A stretch of 64,000 bases of DNA, taken from NCBI RefSeq assembly GCF_037042905.1, contig NC_087245.1:11224001-11288000 (forward strand), given 5' to 3'. This document shows positions 1-11,800 of this stretch, in pieces; within the stretch, counting starts at the first letter, position 1; every line of letters starts with the position of its first letter. The DNA comes from Lytechinus pictus. Lineage: Eukaryota. The position numbers and the translations under genes were made by a program. The notes beneath the pieces were generated by a model. The model searched no databases. It was given only the letters and a program-made list of their open reading frames with translations, and had not been told where the DNA came from.

Positions 1-620
1 GGGCAGAGTGAGCATGATAATGACATCCCATGCAAATACCAAGGGCTTTTTCTGCAATTTAAATAATTTGTCTAATTACATTCGATTACAATTTCCCCAA
101 ACGCAACACAATACTTCAGATGTGAGAGCATGAAAGAATTGTATAGTAATACCAGTGCAGAAGATGGAGGGAATTTTTAATTTGTACAGGATACCAATAT
201 ACATGTAGATACTTTTTGAGTGATTTTTTGTACATGGGTGTCCCATTGCATATTCATACACCAAAAAACATTATTTACTTTATTAATTGGAATTTTGTCA
301 ATTTGGAGTAATAAATTATTTAATGAATTAGAAATATAAGACTGCCCATGGCAAAAAAGGGAATATAATTTGTTTTACTAGGACTTTATTTAATAACCTG
401 TTTGCTTTGAATCATTTCGTTGCTTTATCTAATTCGATATTGATATCATTTTGTAAGGTTGGTTGTATATCAAAGTGGTATCATCGTTAATATAAATTAA
501 GAACAATAGCGGACCGAGAATAAAACCTTGTGGTACACCATGCGTGATATAGGAGAAGTCTAATGAACTATTATACTAAAAAATACTTATCGGGATCTAT
601 CAGAAAGATTCAGACAATTC
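1..620 (-). mobile_element. Degraded LINE (CR1/L2 group) reverse transcriptase fragment
   Basis: Minus-strand translation near 480-548 gives ITHGVPQGFILGPLLFLIYINDDT, an RT motif with a deletion; the frame is broken elsewhere. Confidence 0.7.
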
Positions 621-687
621 AGACAAGCACATTCGACATCAAAAATAGGAAAATAGGACAATGTGTGCATCCATCCTGCATGACAAT

Positions 688-1058
688 GGTTTATTTTCAA
701 TTGTTCTCATGCGTGTTCGTCCAATTACCAGTTCATCTACTATCGTTTGGTCTACCATCAGTTCTTCCACTATCCACATTGTCTAATTGCCATTTCATCC
801 ACTCACCACTCCGTCAAATAACCAGTTGGTCCAATTGCCATTTAGTCCTTATATTGGGCAAACTGAATGAAAATAAAATGATTAGACCTCCTGGTTATGA
901 TGCGAAATTGTTAAAGACGAATTGGGGATTAGACAAAGTGATGATTGGACCAAATGGTTTCTAAATGAAATTTTGATGGACTGAATGGCATTATACTAAA
1001 TGAAGCTAGACCATATGATGAGTAGACGAGTTGACAATAGACGAATTGGCAATTTACC
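688..1058. mobile_element. MITE with tandem ttggtc/tagacc subrepeats
   Basis: GG...CC inverted termini and 8-bp direct repeat atgacaat at 680-687 and 1059-1066. Same family as 58396-58788. Confidence 0.7.
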
Positions 1059-2495
1059 ATGACAATAACTGTAAGGAATATGACTGATATTCATAAGGGT
1101 TAAATCATGTATCAACAGAACAGAACCGTGGATAACGTGAATACACATGTGCAGCAACATATACCGGGTATTTTAAAGTACATATTTTGAGAGATTATAA
1201 AAGGAAATAATTTAAATATCATTGAGTTGTATAAAGAAAGCAAACAAAACAGTAGTGTATTCACTATCTTCAAAAACAGTATGGACAGTACTTCAGAAGA
1301 AGAAACAGAAACCCGGAATGAGTATTCACCAGTGTTTTACAACGCACATGTAGATATCCCGTAACCATGGTAACCAATACTTGAGAGGGTGGCAAAGTGC
1401 TTGGAAGATCCGGAATTAAAGCTCAGAAACAAAACGCGACAATAACTTTGATGAATACCAATTAACTGCAAAGAATTTAGTGTCACTGATTGCAGTGTGT
1501 TCACATAGTGAACTTTTTGAAGATGTAATTCACACTGTTTGAATGCTCAAATTTAACAGTGTGAAAGTGTTTTCTGATTGCGTTTCACACTATGACTACA
1601 AGGCGAGACACACTGCAAATGGAAAAAAAAAGAGTTTTTGTTTCTGTTCGGGTAACTCCCGTAGGGAGTAGAAAGGACAGTTTTTTTGCTGGTAATCGCC
1701 AAGCTTGTATAGAATTAATTACGTTGGAAATATGTCATGGACCTGGGAAGCGGGGGTGCTGGGGGTGCTGGGGGTGCTGCGTGTATTATTTTCCATAGGC
1801 AGCACGAAATCAGGTTTTCTTTGTATTTTTTTAAATATATGTTATAATGTACATAATTATCACATCCGACAATCGCAAATCATTTACATAGTCTTTAACA
1901 TATTCCAATAACATCCCTCCTATAACGCGACTCAATCAAGCTCCGGCACTCCGATACAGACGTGGTCACGCGCAATACGTGATAAACATAGTTTACACAC
2001 TACTCGATAGCAGGGAGGGACATGGGATATGGGTGTGGTTGGACTTGAAACTTCCAGGTTTTATGTCGAATCAAGTGTGCGCGCGCCCGACCGCCCGTGT
2101 TTTGTATAAACAATTACAAGTCAGACAATAGAAATCAAATTTCACAGTCTTTTTCGCCCTGCCCCATGGCCCTGGGAAGCATGGGTGCTGGGGGTGAAGC
2201 ATGTGTTATTTTCCATAGGCAGCACCTCCTGGAAATCTAGTGGTAAGTTGATAAATGACAGAAATGTAATGAAAATGAACGATGTTTTGTAGACCCCCCC
2301 CCCCCCTTTAGAATTTTCCGACACAGTACTTAAAATAGTGTTTAAATTCACCCTTTTTCATATCGGAATATCAAATATTTTCTGCTCGCGCTTCGCGCTC
2401 GCATTATTGATTTTTATATAAAAAATGTATGCCCAGATACTAGGTCTAACTCTTAACACGCGCACGCATGTATATTCAGATACGCAGCTTGTTTT

Positions 2496-3392
2496 GGGGC
2501 TACTCCGGGCTGAAAATATTTAAATCAAATACAATTTTATGAAAATCTGATAACAAATAGTTAAGTTATTTAATTCTAAAGTTTAGCAATATTTTATGAA
2601 AATGGTGATATGCATGTCGTCGTGAATATTTAATAGGTGGGTTGACATGGGCGGAAATCTGTCCCCAAAGGTAGGGGGACCAGGGCCTGGAAAATTTGAC
2701 AAGGAAAAAAAAAGCTTAGCACCCTAAATGTAAGGTCATTTTAACCCTCAAAAAATTTGACAAGCCCCCCCCCCCCCCCCAAAAAAAAAAAAGGTTTTCA
2801 CCCAAAATGCAAGGTCATTTAGTCCCAAAGGTATTACTTCGATTGTGAAGTGATGTATTGATGTATTTTTCTCCATGAAAGACCAAAATTAGTAGGGGAC
2901 ATTTGATAATGTGTCCCCCTACTATTTTTGGTAGGGGGACACGTCCCCCTGTCCCCTCTGGGATTTCCGCCCATGTGGGTTGAAGATGTCATATCCCCAC
3001 AATCCTGTTGTGTTAGTACATGGAATCAAAATTGTTTCATTTTTTCATACCAGTGTGAATGATATTTCTCCCTTATAATGAAATAAGTTGCAGCAAAGAA
3101 TATCTGATAGACTAAATCAGTTGTCAATTCCACTGTTTTTGGTTCTTGAAGGGAAAATATTGAATAAACCTAATTTTACATAATACAATACAAAAGAAAA
3201 AGTGGGGATATGACATCATCAGTTTGCTCATTGAATATTAATGAAGACATGCTTAAAACTGTTTCACCGGAATAATGCTAATCTTTAAAATGCAATAACT
3301 TTGATATTCCTTGTCGGATTTTGATCAAATCTTTATTCTTTATTCTGATTTTTCTTTATATGTTCAAACCATATTACATTCAGTGTGGAGTT
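2496..3392. mobile_element. Kolobok-like ~600-bp non-autonomous element split by a hAT MITE
   Basis: Similar to copies at 36202, 39489, 53970 and 57023 (shared gatgtcatatccccac / atgaatatt motifs and ggggtactcc-type terminus). Confidence 0.6.
2646..2975. mobile_element. hAT-like MITE
   Basis: TIR catgggcggaaatc / gatttccgcccatg; perfect 8-bp TSD tgggttga. Confidence 0.85.
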
Positions 3393-3399
3393 TCAGATC

Positions 3400-4000
3400 A
3401 TAATATCAAAAATTTTCTGCTCGCGCTTCGCGCTCACATTATTAATGTAAGAATATATCCAATTACCCATCATTTTCATGATTAGAAAAGTGCTTAAGAT
3501 GTCCTGTTTTTAGGTCTTGAATCTCATTTTATTTCCGCTCGCGCTTCGCGCTCGCATCAATTGTATAGTTATATACCTATCCTGTTCATGATTAGAAAAG
3601 TGCTTAAGATGTCCCGTTTTTAGGTTCGAAATCACATTTTTATTTCCGCTCGCGCTTCGCGCTCGCATCAATTGTATAGTTATATACCTATCCTCTTCAT
3701 CATTAGAAAAGTGCTTAGAATGTCTGGGGGTTTTTTGGTCTGAAATCTCAATTTTGTTTCCGCTCGCGCTTCGCGCTCGCATCAATTGTATAGTTTTATA
3801 CCTACCCTGTTCATGATTAGAAAAGTGCTTAAGATGTCCCATTTTTAGGTCTGAAAAAAAATATCTGATCGCGTTCCCAGTTATTATTTGTTACATACGC
3901 ATCTTGTTCAGGACCACAAACATTGCTCAAAATGTTCAATGTTCAGGACAAAATCCCCCCCCAAAAAAAAAAAATAGCTCGCGCTTTGCGCTCGAGTTAT
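3400..4000. repeat. Tandem array (~111-118-bp units) carrying GCTCGCGCTTCGCGCTCGC
   Basis: Motif at ~3419, 3537, 3648 and 3762, with degenerate copies to ~3995; the spacers resemble one another. Confidence 0.85.
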
Positions 4001-4013
4001 CTAGTTATATATC

Positions 4014-5290
4014 TTTATTTATTTTATTTATTTATTTATTTCTGATATTTTGATAGGGTAGCCCATTCACCAATAAGTAGTGGTCTTCCATGGCGCCCTG
4101 AATAACAATAAACATATTTACAAAATGCATAACGTATGTACAGAATGTTACGGTATTAAGATTCACATTAGGATTTGAATGTAAAACGAAACATTAACAA
4201 ACTTAGCAGCAAACAAAACGCAGACGGGCACTCGTTTGACCTATAATCAAATATCAATAAATCAAATTAACTAAGAACGACATCTTGAAAATACTGATAA
4301 TATACACCAAATCATCAAGATCATGCTAACACAAAATACGCACAACAGTGGATGATCCGCAAGTTATTTATAAATTACAAGTTCTTTTAAACATTCTCTT
4401 AAATGAAATGACAGAAGGAGCTGTTCTAATTGAATTATCAAGCTTATTCCATTCAAATATTGAAGAAACAATTGGACTACACTTATAACAATCAGTGCGA
4501 AACTTGGGCACGCGTAAATATCCACTGTCTCTCTGTCTGGTATGATGTTCATATACATCATTTGGATTGGTTAAGTTTACCTGAAGGTAAGAAGGTGCTA
4601 AATTATGAACACATTTATATATCATCAAAACGCGACTGAGCTCAAATCGTTTGTCTAGTGTCATCCATTTAAGACTTGCGAACAAATCAGCCGACGGAGT
4701 GTCGTATGTCTTGTTCAATATTATTCTTGCAGCCCTCTTCTGAATTTTTTTGCAGCTTAATTATATGGGATTGAAATCTATTCGACCATACAGCAGAACA
4801 GTAATCAAATCTTGGCAACACTAAACTGTTATAAAGCAACTTTAAGGACTGCACAGGCAAAGAACTTTTCGCTCTCTTTATTATGCCAATACTTTTCTGA
4901 GTAAGTTTACATACATTTTCAATTTGTTTTGACCATTTCAGTTCTTCATCTATCAAAACTCCTAAGCATTTGGTGAATTGAACTCTATTTATCAAATCAC
5001 CGTTTAACGAAATCGTGAAAGAATCTATTTTCCTGAGATTAGCACGAGAACCTATTATCATGACACATGTTTTTTCAGTGTTGAGGACGAGCTGATGATC
5101 TTTAATCCATGCCATGACCTTGTTTAATGCAACAGTTATTTTTTCTTCGCACTGACGGTAAGTGTCGTGTCGTCAGCGTACATATCTATGATACCTTCAT
5201 GAATACATTCAGGTAAACTATTAACATATATTGAAAATAAAAGGGGACCTAGAATAGACCCTTGTGGCACGCCTAATGTTCTTTGTTCTT
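4014..5290 (-). mobile_element. 5'-truncated L2/CR1-group LINE (RT C-terminal part plus 3' UTR), frameshifted
   Basis: [18 protein letters not shown] and MYADDTT near 5160-5275. ORFs 4687-5115 (LGVLIDEELKW...YNSLVLPRFDYCSAVW) and 4368-4718 (WNKL...SFKR). A-rich tail at 4014-4040. Confidence 0.88.
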
Positions 5291-5851
5291 TTTATAAGAA
5301 GAAAGCTAAGTGACTGTCATATATATGTATGTGGGTTGGTGGGTGTGTGTGTGGTGCCCTTAGAGGTGTGTGTGTGTGTAATTATGGAAAACTCAATTGT
5401 GTCCCCTCCCCCCCCCCCCACCTTTGAGGAGAGATTTCAGCACCCCCACTGAAAAAATCGTTCCCAGGTCCCTGAAATATGTTACGTCTAAGTTAATCAG
5501 GCATAGTGGCTGACTGACAGAAATTACTCTAGGGTCGTAGATGGGAGATCGGGGATCCGAACTCATATCATGACGAACATAAGTCCAATCCTCTAACCGC
5601 TAGACCAAAGTGACCTGAAGATAAGGGTGGTTCAAAAAACTGTTAGCTGGTTATCCAGAGGGGAGAGTGTGGTGCCTCCTAGAGAGGAAATGTTTATATA
5701 TGACCAAAAAAAATCGCGAGGTGTTTTGAAAAGGAGTTGATGTTTGACACGTTAACATTCGATCTTTATACCGTCTTATTCATTGTTGATGTAGGAATAC
5801 CTGGTGAGGTGTAAATGTTTGCTGTGTCTGTTGCGCTGCCTGGGTGTACTG

Positions 5852-8800
5852 TTATCGGTGCATCTGCTGTGGTTGGTGAGTCCGATAAGATGGATAAGCC
5901 TGTTGTTGTATGGATGTCTGTGGTGGATTTAACAACTGAGGTGTGAATGTCATTAGTGGTTGCAGAGTCTGCTGCTGTTGATAAGCATGTTGGTGTGGGG
6001 ATACCTGATGCGGAGCTCGTGTCTGTTGTTGGAGAAACGTCTGTTGAGGAGCTAGTGACTGATGTGTTTGGAAAGCCTGTTGGTGTGTCTGAGTCTGCTG
6101 TTGCGGATGCATCAGTCCGAGTTGCAGTTGGGTGTATGGATTCCGCAGTAGGTTTCCAGGATGATATGGCAAACCTCCTTGATCTGCAAACAAAACAATG
6201 TAATTCATAGTATCGTGGCTGCACATTTCATCGTCACTCGAGGAAATGATGATACGAAAACGTCTGTCACTTGGCCTTTTGTTCTAAGCAGAAATACATC
6301 CCACTCCTAGAAAAAATAGTTTAAAAGGCGAAGCCCAATGTCACACTGAAGCACATTTACACTGTTAATAAGGTTTTTTAATGCACTTATTTATAATAGG
6401 TGCTCTCAGCTTGGCATACTCGTAATTTAAGGGCGTGGTGCAAGCTACTAACTAGCTGGCGGTCGACTAGCTGGTCGCTCACCCGATAGGCCCTATACGA
6501 TTGCAAGCTAGCAAACAGCGCATGCAAGCTTAACGATCACTTCACTATTTCTTTGCATGCCTACTACAAGTTTATTAAGATATTCACTAGCTATTCACTA
6601 TCTAGCAGCTAGCTTGAAAATTCTGCGAGGGTAGTGTTCAGCCTGATTCCCTGATTCGAAAAGACAGTTTAAAACCCGGAAATTTCAATCGTTAGGGTTT
6701 AGAGCACAAACTGACAATTTTTTTGATATCGGACAGAAAAAAAAAGTTTGAGAACATTTATATCTCTCACAAAGTAACATAAGCATATTTACGTTATAAT
6801 CCGCCCTCTTACGTTCAGGAATCATCATGTTAGGCATTTCTCTTCGTTGGTGGATTGTCACCTGCCTCTAATTTACTGATAACAATGATTGATACAGTGT
6901 ACTTTACTTACGCTGTAGGGTGACTGTAGGATGTTGGTCAGCCTAAAAAAAAATCAAAGTATAGTAAATTAATTTATATGATTTCTTCGAGATCAGAACT
7001 ACGAACATTTCAAAGCCAGAATTTGCCAATAATTCTACTAAATGTGTCCTGAGTGGTCCCGGTTTTAGCTAATACCTTGGTCACATTTGCTCTACGGCGG
7101 CCGTACGGCGGCCGTAGATACCTGAATTCGAGAAATTTCTGCGGCAGCCGCAGAAAATCTGCGGTGGCCGCAGGGTCGACGTACGGCGGATTCCTTCTTT
7201 TTACAGGCCGTAGGGGTGGCCGCAGAATTTTAACGCGGAGTTATAACATTTTTTCTTTTCTACGCTCGCCGTAGAAATTAGACTAGCCGTAGGCATGGCG
7301 TAGAACGGTCTACGGCGGCCGTACGTCGAGCGTACGGTGGCCGTGCGGCTGCCCTCGTGTTTTTCTTCCCTCCTTTCCCCTTCTCCTTTTGTGTTATCTG
7401 CTCGGGAGCCACCAGGCGCGTATTTAGAATTTTGCACCTCGGGGCCCTACCTATAATTTTGGCCCATATGCATGTTTACTTTTCAAAAAAATGTCGACCC
7501 CTCCTCGTCAGGCAAACAGGTGCCTTGAATGCATGTTGAATTATCTTATTTCATAATCACATGAAAAAGGGCAACTGCAGACCACTTTTTTAATGATGAC
7601 TTGATAAAAAGTAATCTATCCATGAATATGATGTAATACCACTTTTTTTTAAAGAACAAATGTGACCAGGAAGCACAGATATTGCCCTTTCACCAGCGGC
7701 TAACTGGGGTAAAATATGACGTTATTATCATTATCATTATTACTAGTATTATCATGGGGAGTTAAATGCTGATTTTTGTTGTTTTTTAGGGTGTAGTTCT
7801 TACTTAAGACTAAAGCGTTTATTAACATCTTAACTTTATTCATACAAACAAGTTAAAATGGTTAAGGGAGATTTATTTCATAAGTCCAAATAAATAATGC
7901 GAGCGCGATTTTTGATAGCTTGTGTATAGACCTGAAAATAGAATATTCTGAGAAGTTTTGTAAGCATGAGCAGGATGGGTATCTCTCTATCTGTCAGGGC
8001 GAGCTGAAAATTGTCTATATTCCAAAATGACCCAAAGTTTGGAAATTCTAAGCATTATTGGTAATCATGAACAGGATGGGCACTTAAAAATTATTATATC
8101 CGAGCGCGAAGCGCGAGCTGAACCTTTTTTATATTTCATTCCAAAACTAGACATTCTACGCAATTTAGGTAATCATTAACAGGATGTCCATCTAACTAAT
8201 CATTCGATGCGAGCGCGAAGCGCGAATCACCCCAAAGGTCGATTTGCCCCCCCCCTCCCTACCTTGGTCGAACATTACTGATCGTATAATATTCAGATCA
8301 GTGTCAAATATTAATTTGGCGACCCCCCCCCCCTTCCTAGGTCGAACATCAATTTGTCCCCCCCCCCCCACTTTTATTACTCCCCCTTTCCCCCTTTTCT
8401 CTTCTCTCCTTTTCTCTTCTTCTTGTTTCCTTCTCTCTTTCTTTTCTCCCTTTTCTCTTTCTCTTCTTTCCCCCTCCTTTTTTATCTCCCTTTTATTTCC
8501 CTTTCTTTCCTCCCTCTTTTTGGCGCCCCCTTTTCGCCTACCCGGGTGCACGGGCCCCGAACCCCCCCCCTCCCTCCCACCCAGAATACGCGCATGGGCA
8601 TGGTGCGACACTTTGAAATCTTTCTGAAATAAAATGTCTAATGTAAAATATCATGAGTGTGACAAGCAATTCATGGTATACTCACTGTATAGTTCCCCTG
8701 CGGCCGCCGTGAGGGCGCCTTGCGGCCACCTCGCGTCTGCCGTAGTATTTGTCAAAAACCTACGGCCAGCGCAGGATCGCCCTAGGGCGACCGTGCGTCA

Positions 8801-11800
8801 TGATTTCAAGGACATACGTCAGCCGCAGATTTTTTTTCTCCAAAAATTAAAAAATACGCCGTGCGGCGACCGTAACATATGTGACCGCTAGAGTAAGTGG
8901 CCGTGGAAATTCTGAGGCGACCGTAGAATTGCTACTCGCCGTAGAAATTTTAAAATCTACGGCGGCCGTAGCAAATGTGACCAAGGTATAATGCATGGAT
9001 TTCATCAGCGAAATCACAAACAACAGTTTCCAATTATTCATAAAGTTTATAATTCACAGATCGAATATTACTAAGAAACACAAGAGGGATATCACCAGGT
9101 ATACGATCACTTAGGAATCACACTTTTTTAAAAATTAAAACAAGGGTTCAAATTGTGCATTTTACTTCACCCGCTTTTCTTGCTCCCGAACTAGTAGAGT
9201 AGAGAACTAGTAGAGAAATAGAATTATTTAGGTTCACCGTAGCGCAATTCCCTAAAATGAGCAACCTTTTTGTACGTCCGACCCTATTTTTCTAAAGTCT
9301 CACTTCACTGTGTAAACTGACGAAGTCATGGTCCCTTGAGAACATTACAGACTGTCAAAAGAACAAGAAATCAGAGATAGAAAATGTCATGAAAGTTCCA
9401 CATAATAGGGGGTCGGACGTACATATTTTATGGAATTGCCCCGTAGTTACTGGTTACTAAACTTGTGTACCTTATTGTGTGTGTGTTTTTTTTTTGTATA
9501 TTTTGTTTTGTAAGAAATCAAATTCATGATTTCAGTTGCGGCTATAGGGTGTATAATCTGAACTTTCTAAGTTTCTTTAAAAGCAATGTACAATCGATCA
9601 AACAGTTGTATAGGTATGCAGGACTACACATACCAAAAGAAACTGGCTTCATTTTAATGACAGAGCAAGAGGGCCCTCGAGGTGTTAGAAAAATGTCTTT
9701 GTCATGTTTTTCGTCTTTAAATCCCTTCGATCCTCAACATACTGTACATAAAAACCAAAGGGGTCTCTCGCTGTGCAGTGAGCGGCGAGTGCTTACGAAC
9801 GTTGAGAATTTCGGATTCGCCAACTTTTCTGACGAGTGTTACAAACGCTTCCGAATAATTGCGTTATCTAAATTTATTTGTAAACTATTTTAATGGCACT
9901 TTTACGCCTCTGAAATTTAGAAAAAGTGACTAAGACGAAGTAGTAAAATCGCCCCGTGCATACTACGCCCACGCCACTTCCTTGTTCAGTTAATTTTGCG
10001 TTGGTGGTGTTCACGCTACTCCCTCGGTGCGTCCATGGTGCGTCCAAGCAGATTGCGTCTCATTGTACCTACGTCTCCGTCACGTGCGTGAGTATATTCA
10101 TCCTAGGTAACATCAAGATCTACCACTTCGACCAGAAGTTGTTGCTATGTTTTGTCCGTGTCTGGTACGTCTATGCTTCATGTACGTCGATGGAGCAGTT
10201 AGTAGGTCTTAGGAAGATCCTTATACTACGTTATTACTACGCACTATTCAGACGGCGCTCACGCTACGTGGACTTGTTCAAAGTCCACGTAGCTCAAGAT
10301 CATGTACTATGCCACGTATTCTCACTTCTCTCTCAGTACGCTGTACCAGTTTCCACTGCGTCATGACCATTTTTCATTTACACAGCGAGAACTCCATGGA
10401 CGAAGCGTTAGTGTAAAGCCCCTTTAAGATGGAAAAAGTATATTCACAAACGTTCCACGATTTTTTTTTCTCAGTGGGTCGATTCTATTGAAGAACCATT
10501 ATGGTCACGTGGTCGCCAGCACAATGACGATTCAAAAAGAACTTCAGCGACACCGTCCTACAACCTTTTAAAAGGCTTGCGACTGTTTTGCACACCGTAG
10601 CATCTGTTTGCGGGGGGGGGGGGAATGATTAGCACAGAAATTTTGATCATGTTAACATTTTATTTGCGACAGGAAAAACTGTTTTCAACAATGAAAAGCG
10701 GTTTATTAACTTTCATCCAACCTTGTTACGAACCCTGGCGAAGTCTCGAATTCGCTATATTAATTTTGAAAGAATTCGCCGCTCAGTGAGTGCACATGCT
10801 CCCTTAATTAAGCGAAGGCACGCTCACTTACCAACATGAATTCTTGACTTCCAGATTGTTTACCACAACAAATCGCAGCACAACAATAGACTGAAGCAAT
10901 GATAGCAACCATCATCTCAATAAACCCGATTAGACTCATGATTCCATCGGATGTGGTTCGACTTTCCTGTTGAGGAGAAGATCATATAAATATCATAATC
11001 AATACTCAACAAAAAGGTAACCCCCACCCTAAATCAAAATGCTTATGCTATAACTTTTGAAAGGAATAATTTTGAGGCAAGTTGCGGATAGTTCAAATTA
11101 TGTTTAAAAAATCATCATGCCTGATAGTTTCTCGTTGCTGAGATTAAGCAAGATAGTGATGCGACCGAGCCAAACAAATCTGCGTTTTTGGAATGTAATA
11201 TTCGGAAAAATTAATCATTTCAATCGCATTAAATCATAGATTTGAAAAAATAACAATTTGTGATGATGAAAAAGGTATTTATTTCTTTAAAAACTTGGGG
11301 GTATTTGTTCAAGCCACCACCTGATCCGGAAAGCATGGAAAGTGTAGGGATATATCCCCCAAACCCACTCTAGAGATGCTAGAGCATGTACTGGAAGCTT
11401 ACTAGTTCTAGGTGCTTTCTGGTGCAATTTGACCCATATTTTGGGAGCCTTTTTAACCAAAAATATATTACAGTTTTATACGAGACACAGACATGACTAG
11501 ACAAATTCCCAATATTCAGCGAGAATCAATGGTATTTCTGCATTTTCTTAAATGATATTAGTACTAATCAGTGGTGGAATGAAACAAATTATTTGAGGTG
11601 GTCAGATATAGCGTGTACAACAAGGGCCGCGGAACGGTTTTGAAAGTGGAGGGGGGGGGGGCTGACCATGCAAAAAGTTATAATCGGATGGTCATTCTTA
11701 CGTTTTGTAAACGGGTCCGCGGTCCCTTTGGGGAAAATGATAGTTTTGACATAATAATATTTCACCTTTTTCAATTCCTTTTTTTTTCTTTTCCTCATTT

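Larger units (their letters stand above)
1736..5474. mobile_element. Composite non-autonomous hAT-like element (3.7 kb) with nested insertions
   Basis: TIRs catggacctgggaag / gttcccaggtccctg; perfect 8-bp TSD aaatatgt at 1728-1735 and 5475-5482. Confidence 0.8.

Noticed and set aside
3400..3860. CRISPR-like array of conserved ~19-bp repeats, and the 110-aa ORF 3510-3842
   Set aside because: The spacers are homologous to each other, there are no cas genes, and the context is eukaryotic. It is a tandem repeat inside a transposon and the ORF just translates it.
5545..5610. tRNA-like sequence on the minus strand
   Set aside because: Degenerate A/B boxes only; probably a decayed SINE head.
5766..6224. 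Stand-alone mucin-like S/T-rich protein
   Set aside because: Alternative frame of paralogue A's last exon; exon phase and paralogue B support the Q-rich frame.
8192..8632. Lys/Glu-rich and Phe/Ser-rich ORFs (also 60664-61043, 53166-53639)
   Set aside because: Translations of polypurine/polypyrimidine tracts, mostly inside non-autonomous elements.
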